This document shows, in pieces, positions 1 through 13,599 of a stretch of DNA of 64,000 nucleotides (its first letter is position 1; every line of letters starts with the position of its first letter). The stretch is from contig NIVC01000873.1 in assembly GCA_002269645.1 (NCBI GenBank), positions 184,725 to 248,724 on the forward strand, written 5' to 3'. The translations under genes were made by a program, and so were the position numbers. Origin of the DNA: Macrostomum lignano. Its lineage: Eukaryota. The notes under the pieces are model-generated. The model saw only the letters and a list, made by a program, of their open reading frames with translations. It was not told the origin of the DNA and did no database searches.

Positions 1-3000
1 AGTGACCTCTCCTGCAAGGTGACCTGGTCCACGGGCCGAGTATCGGGTCTGATCATCTACCCATCTGGACCACATTACTTCAGAAAGCCACTCCCTTCCA
101 AAAAACTGGGAGGAGCTGGTACAATTTCAAGAAAGCTGACTGGGGCTCTTTTCGTCGCCATACTGACAAGTTCCTGGCTGAACTCCTAGCAAGTGACTAG
201 CTCTCCATCGACAAGGCTCATTCTAACCTCATCGCCCTGATCACCTGGGCTGCTAGAGCCTCTATCCCTTATGGAAATGGTAAACGCATCAGGCCTCCTT
301 TCTGGAACGAGCGCTGCCAGGAGGCGGCCAACAACAGAGAAGTGGCCTGGCTGGTGGCTATGGCGAACCCCGAAAATACTGATGCTGTCACAGCCCTTGC
401 CAACGCCAAGGCTGCTGCTGCCAGTATCATTAGAGAGGAAAGGTGCCACCAATTCTACGACTCGGTTGCCTTGCTCGGGCCAGGTGATTTGCTGTGGAGA
501 CTCATCAAACAATATGATGGTTGCCTGCAATCTGCCCACCTGGCGGCTATCTTCCCCAAGCTAGCTACTAAGCAATCTGTGACCAAAAAGGCTGTTACCA
601 ACCGCCAAAAAGCCGAGCCTTTCTGTGCTGATTACGCGACAGTCTCTAGGCTTAAAAAGAACAAGGATGTCAACAGACCAATCATCATTGAAGCCTATGT
701 TGCGACTAACACCTGTGATTGCTCCTGCGGGGATCTTAGGACGGATATCTGTGCTCCCTTCACCACTACTGAACTCAATGTGGCGACCCATCAGATCAAA
801 AACGGGAAATTGCCTAGAGTCGATGGTATCAATAACAAACTGCTTAAGCAACTGAGCGATAAAGGGCGAGCTACCCTTCTTGAGCTTTTCAACTGTAGCT
901 GGACCACTGGCGAGGTCCTTGCCACATGGCGATGTGCTGAGATTATTGCTATTCTCAAAAAAGAGAAAGATGCTAGCGTTACTAGCTCCTACAGACCCAT
1001 CTCTCTGCTCAGCTGCGTTGGAAAACTGATGGAGCATATGGTCACGAACCGGCTGTATTTCTGGCTTGAGACCCGCAGCCTGCTAAACCACAATCAGACA
1101 GGTTTCCGTAAAGGACACTCTACCATGGACCAACTGATGCGCATCACCCAAGCTATTTTTGATGCCTTTGAGCAGAAGAAACCGGAGCGCGCCATCCTTA
1201 TCCTGCTGGACTTCGCCAAAGCCTATAACCAGGTGTGGCGCCTGGCCTTATACACAAAAATGGCATGGCTTGGCATCCCCAAGCATGTTATTCACTTCAT
1301 CAAAAACCTCCTCTGCGACCGTCGCGCCTGTGTGCGCTGGGGGGGGGGGCTGCAACCTCCAACTGGAAAGTCTTCTCTGATGGCCTGCCCCAGGGGTCGG
1401 TCATTGCACCTCTGCTATGGCTTGTTTACGTCCATGACATTGACGACGGCATCAACAAGAGCATCCACCATTCACTTTTCACCAATGACACGGCACTTCT
1501 GGCAACGGGCCGGTCAATGAATGCCTGCGCTGCGAAGATCCAACCTGCGCTAGACCATGTCGTTACATGGACTAACAAATGGAAGGTGACGCTGAGCCAC
1601 TCTAAATGCATCTTCACCACTTTCACGCTGAACCACAGTGAATGCGACGGAAAGGTCCTTCTGACTCTGCGCATTGAGGGTCAGGAGCTTACATACAATC
1701 TGTCACCTACTTTCCTCAGTCTACACCTTGACGATCAATTGACTTTTGCTAACCATGTCAAGGCCATGTGCCAAAAAATGGCCAATAGGTGGCGCTGCCT
1801 ACAAACCCTTGCTGGCAAGGTCTATGGCACTCATTGGACCACGCTGTGCACTGCCTACACGGCCTACATCAGGTCAGTGTTTGATTACGGAGCTGCCATC
1901 TACTTCAATCACGCCGCGCCCACTCTCAGGGACAAGCTGGAGGCTGAACAACATAAGTGCGCACACATCATCACCTGATGCCTCGGTGTCACGAATTGCC
2001 ACTCTCTGCTTGCCAAAGCAGACCTTCCAGCACTGCACCTCTGTGCCAAACAGCTCCTCAGCAATGAATTTATCCGCATCATGAGCCTGCCCAATGATGA
2101 CCCAGCGCGAGAGTTGCTGTCGATCGCGCCACCGCCACGCCTCCGCAGCAGGGCGAATGAAACCTGGCCCTCAATAAACGGCCCCAATAAACCTGTCGAT
2201 ATTCTGAGATGGGACGAAGACATTATCTTGAGCAACAAACCTTGTTTCTGCTGCATTGGACAGTGGCTGTGCGAGCTCGCTGGGTTCCACCTGGAGGATC
2301 TCATGCGCCCTGTCGAGCCCGCACTCCCGCCATGACACTGGCTGGATAAGCAGGTGACCATCGCGGTTGACCTGGTTGCCGCCACGTGCCGGAGTGACCC
2401 TCCCGACTTCTGCCGGGAGATTGCTGAGAGGACGCTGGGCCTCCTTCATCCGGCGGACGTGCTCATCTGGACCAATGGATCCACCCGGCCAGATGGCACT
2501 GCATCTGGAGGAGGAGCTGTTATCACCTCGGACCTTTTGGGTATCCAGAAAGATGTCTATGTGCCGGCCGGTTGCTGGAACAGTAGCACCAGTGCGGAAC
2601 TTGTTGCGATCGAAGCGGCCCTTGCCCACCTGGCTGAGCTTCTCCATAGTGGCGGCAGCCTGGCCATTACTGTCAGGCTATGCACAGATTCCTGTGCCAG
2701 CCTCCAAACGATCCTGTGCGGCCTGACTATTGCGGCAGACAATGTCACCTGATGCGTCTGGGCTAATATCGCTGCCCTGCCGAGTGGCTGCAAAATTCAC
2801 CTACAATGGGTGCCAGGTCACGCTAACCTCCCTGGGAACAAAGCGGCTGATGAGCTGGCCAAGAGAGCTACAGAGGCTCAACAACAGCTGATTTCCATCA
2901 CCCCTATTGCCGCTAGGACTGCCATCAATCATGTTATCCGAGGTTGGCATAAAACGCGAGACCATATGCACCCATTCCCAAGCTCGACGCCTGGCCACGA

Positions 3001-3345
3001 CGATCTCCTGAGATGGGGCCAGGTCACACTTTGCCAGCTGAGAACGCGCAAATCCCCGCTCATGCGTGACACACTCCACCGATTTGGTCTCACTGCTAAC
3101 GACCGATGCACTACCTGTGGAGAGTTGGACTCGGTTGAGCATCTGCTCCTAACCTGCCCAGGCTACCACCAGGCTCGCATCTGCACCTGGGGTGGTATCA
3201 GCATTGATTGGAATACCGTGCTAGGGGGCGAGGGCAGCCTCCTCTGTGATTAACTGCACAGGGTGGGCCGCCAAGAACCGCCTATTGACGATCTAGGTGG
3301 CAGAGCAGCCCCGACCCGGTCTCCCGCAGGTGGCCGCAGGTCAGA
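1..3345 (+). mobile_element. Decayed non-LTR retrotransposon (I-group LINE with RNase H), truncated by the left window edge
   Basis: APE endonuclease C-terminal motif IGSDHLPI at 42-65 and WYNFKKADW, in the same frame as the 342-1520 RT ORF (YRPISLLSCVGKLME, QTGFRKGHST, LDFAKAYNQVW). After a frameshift in the G-run 1339-1349 the frame continues GLPQGSVIAPLLW...FTND. RNase H (IWTNGS...SSTSAELVAI...CTDS...QWVPGHANLPGNKAADELAK) and a CTTC...EHLLLTC knuckle follow to 3253. A (GA)n tract at about 3348-3372 follows the 3' end. Confidence 0.93.
342..3253 (+). pseudogene. LINE ORF2 (RT + RNase H), disrupted
   Basis: One frameshift (poly-G 1339-1349) and three in-frame TGA stops (1976, 2333, 2750). 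The ORF pieces 1235-1978, 2081-2335, 2354-2752 and 2810-3253 share one frame. The catalytic F/YADD motif reads FTND. Confidence 0.88.
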
Positions 3346-3848
3346 GTGAAGAGAGAGAGAGAGAGAGAGAGAGCAATAGCAACAGCAATAAGAGCAGTAG
3401 ATGACAGGAGTGTAGCTGATGTCTTGATCAGTGCAGATATGGTATGTCTGGGATAAAGTATACATACACACATTAGTTTATTGTATTACAAGTTTGTTTA
3501 GGATGGTAGCTTTGACTAAATCAGCCTTACTATCTAAAGCTAGGGCACTTTGCAGCAAACTATAGAAGACTGCTAGCTCACCATAGCCATAGCTCTATGT
3601 CAGTGCCAAAAGATAAGTAGACATTGACATAGACTTATATACTGTTGAAAGCAATAAAATTAGTGAAATATCTACCCACCTTAATTTAGACATATCCTTA
3701 TCTTACTTTTATGCAAACAAATGAAATACAATGCAGATATAATTATATTATTTAATGGATAATAGATAATAGAATAATTTATAATGAATTCTATGGTGGA
3801 ACTCTTGCTACATTTTTGTTCATAAATTTTGTTTCCATTGTCTATTTT

Positions 3849-4541
3849 GGCTTCTAGACAGTCCGGCGACAAGACAATCCGGCGACAGACGATCTAGCGA
3901 CAGTCAATCCGGCGACAGATGATCCGGCGACAGTCAATCCGGCGACAAACGATCTGGCAACAGATATTAAATCAATGTATATCAGGATATATATGGATTA
4001 GTTAAGCTATTATTTGTAGCTTTTTATTATTTTTTATTAATACTATTATTATTATTATTATTATTATATATACTAATATTATCCATGCAGTATTTGTTAC
4101 TTTAAATGCAGGTTACGTGTACATGTTAAAAATAACACGTACAAGTTGCTGTGCGAATAGCAATTTTTTGGTTCTTTGACTCTCGAATATTGTCGCAAAT
4201 ACAATATATACAACAATATTGATCATAGTCATAGTCATAGAAACTTGCTTTCCAAGCAGATTAAATTGATTGATTGTCTTTAAAAATAACATATTGAAAA
4301 TCAACAGCTACGTAGAGCTCTAAAAATATAACTGCAACAATTATAGTTTATGTAATTGTTACTTAATTATTTAAGTATTAATAGGTAATAATAAAAAGCT
4401 AAAAATAATAGCTCAACTAATCCATATATATGCTGATATACGTTGATTTTAAATATCTGTTGCCGGATCGTCTGTCGCCAGATTCACTGTCGCTGGATTG
4501 TCTGTCACCGGATCGTCTTGTTGCCGGATTGATTGGATACC
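3849..4541. mobile_element. Non-autonomous foldback/MITE with about 200-bp terminal inverted repeats
   Basis: Left arm has tandem (atccggcgacagac)-type units then gatattaaatcaatgtatatcagg...tagctttttattatt. The right arm at 4380-4541 is its reverse complement (aaaaagctaaaaataatagc...atatctgttgccggatcgtctgtcgcc...). Confidence 0.8.
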
Positions 4542-4561
4542 ATCTATTTTCATGCTTAGGT

Positions 4562-4713
4562 GCAACCTAGGGATTCACCTGGCCATTTCTATTAGCAACA
4601 CATTCATGTAAGTTGCTATTGGATAGAAAAGTAGTCACGTGACTACTCTTAGCCAATAGCAACTTACATGTGTATGTTGCCAATAGAAATGGCTTAGTGA
4701 TTCCCAAGGTTGC
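4562..4713. repeat. About 150-bp imperfect palindrome (hairpin MITE)
   Basis: gcaacctagggattcac...gttgctattgga / tagccaatagcaac...gtgattcccaaggttgc, centred on agtagtcacgtgactact (4630-4647). Confidence 0.8.
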
Positions 4714-5409
4714 CTATGTATGTCTATTTTTAATGATAATTAAAGCTAATATGAAGAAAAAGTTGCTATTATAAATTTGTGCAAAATGATATTATTTGGA
4801 TTAGCAGAATGAAAGATATAATGAAAAGCAACATTACTTTTCTTGGCTTTGTCCCTTCTATTATTCCATGGCGATGCCCTTGTATAAATCCTTTCTTTGG
4901 TTTACAAAAATCTTTTTTTTCTTTTTTGCATTATTTTTTACTTAGCTTTTGCAAAAAAAATTTTTTGATTTTTGCAATATTCTTATCTAATTCAAATATT
5001 CTATTTAATCTTTCTATATCTATGACTATATCTATTCTATATCACACTTACTTTTCAATTTCAAGGTGCAATTTTAAAATTTAGGCTGCATATATACACT
5101 GCGCATAAAAAATAAACCAAGTAAACAACAATTGATTAGGTTTATCTAGTCACTTTATCATTTATTAATCAACAATAAAACAATTTAGGTTCGTTTGTCA
5201 TCTAAGATAGGCTAATAAAGTGGCAGATAACAAAGGGTCTACAATCCAAGGGCTTACCCCTAGCCTTTTGACTTGAATTAGCCTAGATAAAAATGAATTT
5301 TTGTGCCATTCTTAGGTGTCCTATTAAAAAAAATATAAAAAAAGTCTTCTTTTTATTTAAAGGCTAGCCTAAAAATAATATAGTAGGAGCCTATGCAAAC
5401 TCAAATAGA

Positions 5410-6067
5410 AGTGTTTATCCCCACAGTCCCATGCCAATAATTCCAATTTTATCCACATGGATCTGTCAATAATTTCCAGCTTATCCCTATGGCAGCTTAT
5501 TGGAATTGGAATAAAGAACCTTAAAATGAATCTGTTTAGAAATTGTCTTTTTGTTTTTACTGTTTTACAAATCTTCTAAATAAACTACATGTATTAAATA
5601 TTGAATAGTATCAAGTAACTTTGCTAAAACTTTTTGTCATTAAAAGGGTTAATTTTAAATATTTGCTTAGTTGCTGACTTTGCTTAGAACAACCAAATGA
5701 CCCAAAGATTGAGCTGAGCTGAATGAGACTTGCAAAATTCAAAAATTCAAGATATAATAATAATGATATTAATACTAATAATAATGACAATATCAATATC
5801 AATTTAACATCAATACACAAAGCTAAACACAAACAGCTGCACAATCTTAGCTATAGGGTCTCCACAGTGAGGAATGGGGATAAGCTGAAAATTATTAACA
5901 TGGATTTGTGTGGATAAAATTAGAATTATTGACATGGCCAATATGAGCTAGACTTGAATGGTGGCAGCTATTTTAATAAGCTGCTATGAGGATAAGCTGG
6001 CATTATTGACATTTATCCATGTGGATAAAATTGGAATTATTGGCACAGGACCAGGAAGATAAACATT
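5410..6067. mobile_element. Degenerate inverted-repeat element (MITE-like)
   Basis: 5414-5500 (tttatccccacagtcccatgccaataattccaattttatccacatgg...gcagcttatt) is the reverse complement of about 5976-6063. A further partial copy lies at about 5875-5940. Confidence 0.7.
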
Positions 6068-9000
6068 TCCAACTTAAATATGCCTTAGGTGAGGTCAAAT
6101 TATTAATAAAGTAATAGGCCTATTGGCCTAACTTAATATATTGTATTGAAATTAGATTAGGCTGGCTATAAAGAGCTAAATATAGGCCTACTCAACAACA
6201 TTAAAAAGTTGTTACTTTTGAGAGTGCGCAGTAAATTCCAGCTCAGTTTGACTTTTGAGTGACGCAACTTGCGCCACGCAGAGGGCGAAGAGTGGGAAGA
6301 GGGATTGGGAAGAGCAAAGGGCAAAGATTGGATGGATTGAAGCTTCCACCTAGTTTTATTTGTTTTTCAAGCATTTTTTAATATCAAAATGGCTGGCCAG
6401 GTGAGGTGATAGACATTGGTCAAAAGGTACTCATGCTCACTAGGACAAATGGGTGGCAACTTTTCAATGTTTCTGAGTATATATATAAACAAAAAATATT
6501 AACTTTGTAATAATAGTCACCTGATAAAATAGTTACAATTCAACATTGATTTAATTAAAAAATGGGTCTATTAAATGAATGCCAGTTTCCAAACAACATT
6601 TTGCATAGGGGCCAATTTAAAAATTTTTGTAGGGCCTATGACATGTTACGGCTATGTAAAATTTAGGCCTATTTTAGGCTTAGCTGGGCAATATTTTCGA
6701 TATTGAATAGGCCCCTAATAATACTAATATGCCTAAGCCGAGCAGTTAAATGTTTTGAAAAAATGTTTTGAATACAAGTATTGAAATAGGCCTATAAATA
6801 AAAGATGCTTAGGTTAGGCTAGAAAATATCAACATTAGCAGACGCAGACGCATGCTTGCTTTAACTAGTAACTGTCTTTTTGTAGGCCTACTTTATTTTT
6901 TTCTTCTGCTTTCTTTTCTTCTTTAAAGAGGGCAAAGACAAGTGAGTTCTTAGTTTAATAACTTAGTTGGATGAGTTTCATCGAAATTATCTAGGCTATA
7001 GATGATAATTTGCACTAATCGCGCCCGACTTAAAAGCAAGGACGCAAGCAAGTCGTCCAGGTTGCTTAAAAGATTAATGCATCTTCAAAATTTGAATGAA
7101 ATTTGCAAGTTGAAACAAAAATTATTAATTAATATACGAAGAAATACATTAATCGCAAGTTTTAAATATAAAGTTTTTTCATTTAAGTTTATTTAAACCA
7201 TTTGTTAAAGTTGGTATTGTCCATGCTTGTTGGTGTTGTTTTTCCATGTAATTCCATGAATAAAGAAGCAAGACCATGGGTGTGCAAACTGCAGCGCGGA
7301 GTCCAGACAAAAAAGCACTTCTTGAGTAATCCTTGGGAAGTGATAGAGAGATCGAGAGAGAGATCGGAGCCAACCTACAAACTTCAAAAACTACTTCCAG
7401 TGCTTTAAAGTTCTGAGGTACCCATTTAATTGTACTGTTCAAATAGATAATTGCCTTAATGAAAAGTTGAATATTCTCATTTCTCTACAGTCTACACCAC
7501 ACCACAGTCCACACACTTCAGTAATTCATATACATGGTTACTTACTTGTACAGCAGCAGTATAGCACTTGCGAGGCTTTTTTTAAAGTAGGCCTAGATAT
7601 TCAAATGTTTTTTTAACTGATGTCAACCTAGGTCCTAGGGCTAGGCTAATAGAGTTGAAAAAATAAGCTATTTTTAAATGCTATCAATATCATGACAACT
7701 TTGGATTTGCAATTGCCAATTGCTTATTTAACCTAGGTCCTACTCCTAGGCTTTTGTATTCAAGCATTTTAAATTTTTACTCAGTTGGTAATAGTAATAA
7801 CTGGGCTGTCTACCAAATGTTTATATAGGCCCTATGCTATTATTTTTTTCAATTGATTTATTATATTATAAGTGGTAGTAGTCTAATCCAATTATGATTT
7901 TTGTCTTTTATTTTTAAGCAGATTTAATCAATATATTTTAATAAGTTCTTCAATAGCAAAACAGGTAAAAGACCTATTTTTGATTAGACCTAAATAGATC
8001 ATCAACTAATATGATGGTTTTAATTGCCCCTTGCCCTCACTGCACACCCCCCTTCCCCTATAGTCCCAAAGATGTTCTATGCATGCCATAAAACTTTTTG
8101 ACCCTATATGCTATATGCCAAGATTATTTAGAAATCTTATGCATAGGCCCCTATTGCATGCAATATGCCAAGGCCCTTATCTATATTTAGACGCTGTATA
8201 CAAGACTTAGGAGTTAAAAGCAAAAATGTGCTTGTATATTTTTCAGCACTTTGCTTAAGTAAAAGCAATAAAGCCTGTTTAAACAAATTAAAAATGTTCT
8301 TTTCCATGGATCAGTTTACTTTTGAGTCTTATTTTGCTGCAAAGTTACAAATATATATATATATTGTATTATAGGCCCTAACTATTTTAAAACTGTTATA
8401 ACAAAAGTTATTGAAAAAATAATTTAAAGATATTACCAATTAAAAATTTCCATGATCCAGCCAAATCCAAACCTCTGTTATATTTCTAAATTAATTTTGT
8501 ATGTGGCTACATATTAAAAATGTTTTTTATACTTGTATATGCCACTATGGGCAAAGTCTCATTGCATACAATAATATACACAATGCAGGGGCCAAAAACC
8601 CTCATGCATGCTAGGAACTCTTAGAGAAAATAGCATCTTTGGGAGAGTGGCCCCCTTTATGCTATGGTTATGGTTGGCAATGATAGCATTTATAATCAAG
8701 AAAATTTTTTTTTCATAGAAAATTCTAGCACAAAAAGAGGTTAGATTATGAGCTTGTATATATATGCCATGCTAATGCATTCTTGTCTAATAGCTGGGAT
8801 GTCAATAGCAATAGCAAACAAGGGGGAAAATCTGGCATAGTATAGTGCAAGACAAAAACTTATAGCTAGACAATATTTTTGTAAATAGAAAATTAGCATG
8901 TAATTTCTTTTTATTAGCTCTATTTTGTTTGCCTGTATATTTGATGGCTTTTTAATTTAAATATATTAATGTTGCATTTTCTATAAAACAGATTCAAATA

Positions 9001-10228
9001 TAAGTTTTACTAGTTTTTTAAAATAGAAAATATTGATTCTTGTATTTGTATATTTTTTCTAGCATTCAGTACTTATTTGATAAGATTTGTTATAGCATGT
9101 TCCAATGCAGGCATTCTGTGATCCTGATTCTTTTCCTTTGCCCTAAAAAATCCCCATTTAGTCAAAAAAGAGGCTTAAATCACATGGCTAGTTTAAATCA
9201 AGGAGATTGTATTTATATGCTTAATTTTTTCAGTACAATGTATCTAATATATTATAGGGCCTAGTGATTTTCTAGTGTTATATAGTACTGCCCCTTTGTT
9301 TGTTATATATTATAGTGCTATCACTAATTTTTAAAACCCATCCCCATTTTATATTTCTAAATTTGCATTTAATTGCAATTTTAAAAAAAATAAATTAGTA
9401 TAAAAAAAGTTAAACATTGCCTATTGCCCTTTGGCTTTAGGCCTATAAATATACTTATCTATATACTAAGCCTAATTGCTTACCTTGGAACTATGGTAGA
9501 TAGTGTCTAGCATAAATTAGCTTTTTGTTAGACTAGTATAGTATAGCACAACATGACCATGTGGCATAGTATAGTATAAAATAATAGTGTAGAAATATAG
9601 TATAAAGAAACATGGTGGCACATTTCAATATATTAAAAAAGGTATAGCATAGAAGCAAGATAGGAAGAGATATTGCTAGAGCTTGGCCTATGCACTCTAA
9701 ACCAGAGGAGATATCATTTGGATAGCTTGTCCCTTTATCAAAATACTTCTCTACATTTGCCAAGAAGGAACCAAATAAAAAGAAACAAGATTGCTTATTA
9801 GCTTTCTAAGGTTTTTACTATATAATTACTAGACAGTTGCATATATTTCTATTGCCAGAAGTGCATGTCATTAATGATAGTAGCAAAAGTCTAACTAATT
9901 AAGCAAGTTATCTCATGTATAAGAATATAATAAGTTAAGGCCTCTACCCTATGCATGTGACAACTATAGTTATCAAAGGTTTAGCCATAGACACTACCAT
10001 GTCTTTGGACATGTTAGCAGTAAAACTTCAAAGTAAAAAAATTAAGAAAAAAGCTTTTTAGTATTTTTGCTAGACAATATGCCAATTTTGTAATTGATAG
10101 AAATGTTTAGAAGTGTTTTTATCTATATACATACTTATTGATTTAGTTGACAAATGGTTGAAGATAGAAAAAATCTAGTATGACTTATTTATTACTATGA
10201 TTTGAAGTTGTGCATTATTTATTATCAT

Positions 10229-11019
10229 CAGGGGCAGATTTAGGGAGGGAGAAAGGGGTTGGGTGGCCATCCCTCCCCCTTAAAATAGCTTGATAGAGTA
10301 TATTGCACCCCCAAAACCAATTTTGCACCATTTAAACTTGATTTTTACCCTTACACACATTTTTTGCCCCTTTCAGGCATTTTTGCACCTTTTAAGCTTG
10401 ATTTTAGCTCTTTAAATGCATTTTTTGCACCTTTTCATGTATAAAAATTGTAAGATCAAAAAATTAAGCTTAAATCAAAGCTTAAAAATTGGCACCTTTT
10501 ATGTTGTTATTGATGTCCCAACATACATGCCCAACCTCAAAATTTCACCTATCCAGTGCAACTTAGTTTAGTCTAGATTTGCGACTTAGTTTCTCCCAAT
10601 TGCGACTTAGTTCCTCTTGATTGTGATTTAGTTCCTCCCAATTGCGACTTAGTTTTTCCCAATTGCAACTTAGTTTTTCCTAATTGCAACTTAGTTCCTC
10701 TCAATTGCAACATAGTTCCCCCAATTGCAACTTAATTTTCACTTTGTATATGACTTTTCTTGCCTTTTTTTTCTTTTCTTTCTCTTTCTCCTTCCTCTTT
10801 CCTTTCTCTCTTTTTCCCTCCTTTCTTTTCCTTTTCTCTTCCTTTACTTTTTTTCTTCTCTGAATTTTTCATTTTTTGCATTTTTTATTTTGCAACTTAC
10901 CTGGACCAAGGGCCATTTTACCCATCCAGTTTGGATGGATCAGATAGGTGTTGGACATGTACTTGTATATGTCCCAAACTTGGACTACCCCTCAAAATGA
11001 AATTTTAGATCTGCCACTG
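10229..11019. mobile_element. hAT-family MITE with TIRs and an 8-bp target-site duplication
   Basis: Ends caggggcagattta ... ttagatctgccactg. Flanks attatcat (10221-10228) and attatctt (11020-11027) match 7/8, the 8-bp TSD typical of hAT. An internal ~21-bp tandem repeat (gcaacttagtt..cccaatt) lies at about 10557-10740. Confidence 0.82.
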
Positions 11020-11140
11020 ATTATCTTTATCATGAATTTATTCATTATCTTTAACTTTTATTTATAAACATGAAAATTGAGCTATGGATTGCAAAGCTAT
11101 GAAAGAAATTCTGGGAATTTTTAGGATACCCCCCATATAT

Positions 11141-11819
11141 TGTGATGTGTCCCTTATTACCCGACTTTCGATAATCAAGGAACAATCACTTCTAGCTCAG
11201 CAGCTAGGCAACCCAGTAAGTCAACAGAAGGTATTCAATTACCTTGAGTCCTTTGGAGATCTCTCGGAGTAGTTCTCGATTGTCTTCAGTTGCTCTCGTA
11301 TAGTCACTTCTGACTTTCGTTTGTAGAGCGGGTCCGATTCTTCTTTCTTCTTCAAATAGTTCCGGCCGGATTCTGTCGCTCGGACCAATGGGAAGCTTCC
11401 GAATTAACAGTGGGATCCCTGCGCCAAACTGCGGTCTAAATTAAGCCTCCTTCTTCGAGCAGTGCCTCTATGCACTCTAGGTATAGCTCCGGAAACCACT
11501 GATAGTCCTCTAAGATCTATCAGGGGCAGTCCTTCTGGAGACTGCAACCAATGGAGTCTAAACAGACTCAAGAGTCTCAACAGACTCAAATAGACTCAAG
11601 TCTCAATAGACTTGAGCGAGACGTCTCTAACACAACGGCGCAAATAAGGAAGGCTTACCGCAACAACTCGACCGAGTCTCGATGGACTTGGTATATCAGG
11701 AAGTCCTCCTAAGGCTTCCTCTTCGGAGCGCTCCTCTTCCGTGGGGAGAATGGCTCCGGTACCGCTTCAGATCGCTTGTATTTATAGACAAGTTTTTGAT
11801 CCAAAATAGTATCATGACA
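11141..11819. mobile_element. Possible solo LTR or young insertion
   Basis: GC- and CpG-richer block in AT-rich flanks, bounded by tgtgatg ... catgaca, with a minus-strand TATA-like motif (tatttatag at 11779). No convincing TSD. Confidence 0.25.
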
Positions 11820-13599
11820 ATTCACGTGTTGCGCTAAAAGGGGAAAATGGCTCATGGCGTATTATTCTGGTAACATCTTTTTCTGGTAGCGTGATTCATT
11901 CAAAGCTTAGGCGCACATGCGTGTACTTACTTACTTATAGTAGTATTATACGATTATCTTCTTTTTTCCTTTTTTAACGGGAGGTAGAACACTCTACAAT
12001 TGACCTATTGTTCAATAATAGTGTCTCATATATTATATTTTATAAGAATGACTAGGGCTATATTCATATCAACTTTAGCCTACTAATCCTAACCATTAGA
12101 TGCACATGGAATTGAAAATCTCTTGCTTGAAACATTGACTCTAGTGGACTCTAGGTTCCCTTTACAAAAGCTTTAAAACTGGAAATATTCATTCATTTCT
12201 CTTCTGCTCTACTCCCTATTTATGAAATCCAAGGCTGTATTGGTCTAGAGTGGCCAATGTTATTAGATATTGGAGCTAGTTAGCTTGTATTAGAAATATG
12301 CTCTTAATTTCATATTTATGATATAAACCCTTATTAAAATATTAGAAGCTAACTATAAGATTATATATTTGAACCTCAATTCAAAAGCATACCAAAGTAA
12401 AGAAAGGTGTTAATGAATAAGAAAAGTTAAAATTATGAAATTTTCTGTAGCACTTCTGAGCTGGTTATCATAGAAATTGTGTTAATGATACAATAATATT
12501 TTTGCATCTTAAATTTTATTCATATTTCATTTGGAGCATCAGTGCTTTTACAATTATTTAGGATTTCAGTGATTTCTAGGCTTCTAGTAGCTGTCAAAGT
12601 TAAGTAATCTGTAAACCTGGAGTCTGCAGACTTCTGCAACATCTTTGGGTCAGAAAAAAAGTGCGCAAAATCACCTAAAAGATGCCTTGGGTTCAGGAAA
12701 CACTGCCTCTCTGTCTGACAAATAATGGCTTTAATAGCTTCTTAAAAGGTATTTCCAGTTGCACATCTGGGACACTGATTGCTGGTCCCCTGGCCTCCAG
12801 ATGTCAGGTGTGCAGCGCCACTTCTACTGGAGTATCAAACACCAAATAACCCTTTTCAAACTAAGTGGAGAGTGTAAAGTCCCAGGATCAAGCCCTAGGG
12901 CATTGACGGCTTCATCTCCATGCCAGAAGATGGAGAGCATATTTTCGCTAATTGTTGGTAACGCTAGCCCAAACCCGCCAGGCGTTAAAGTTTAAATGGC
13001 GATCGTAAAAAGCAAATGGGCGGGAGGCTGTCGAGGAAGAGGGTAGCAGAGGGGGGGGGGACAAAATTGAAGGGAAAATTTTGTATTTCGGCGTTTTACT
13101 GCTTCGCTAGGAGGGAGGGGGGTGGTGTCTCTATCCCATCCGGCTTCGGCGCGATGAAAGCTTTCCACACTTCCCCAGCTGCCTTATATATCTGTGTATT
13201 TCGCTTTGCGCCGCCTCTGAACTGATAGATGGCCAGCCGGGCTTGACTGAAAAAGGCCAGTGGTTGGCGGTGGCTTTAGCGCTACCATCTGCGCATTTTA
13301 GTAAAAAACACCAGGCTGCATCGGAGAGCAGGCGGTGGGGGGCTTTTTCGTCATCAAATGGGCCCAGCTGCACGTCCTGGCTGACTGGTATGGGAGGCTT
13401 CGGTAGCAGTTTTAACGCCTTCTGTGACCGCTTACTTTTAAAACGTTGCACCATCCTACTGCAGCCTCAAGGCGTAAGCTAGGCGCAGTGTTAAGGAATC
13501 GGATCGACCATACTCCTACTCTAAAATTTGACTTCGCACCAAAAATTTTGGCTTGGCCTCATTTAACCCCGTTTTATTTTCTTCTGACTGCATTGCCAG

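Noticed and set aside
7202-7408. Possible THAP-domain remnant (FP...R.W...R...HF)
   Set aside because: It lacks the zinc-binding cysteines, and the similarity is too weak to support by eye.
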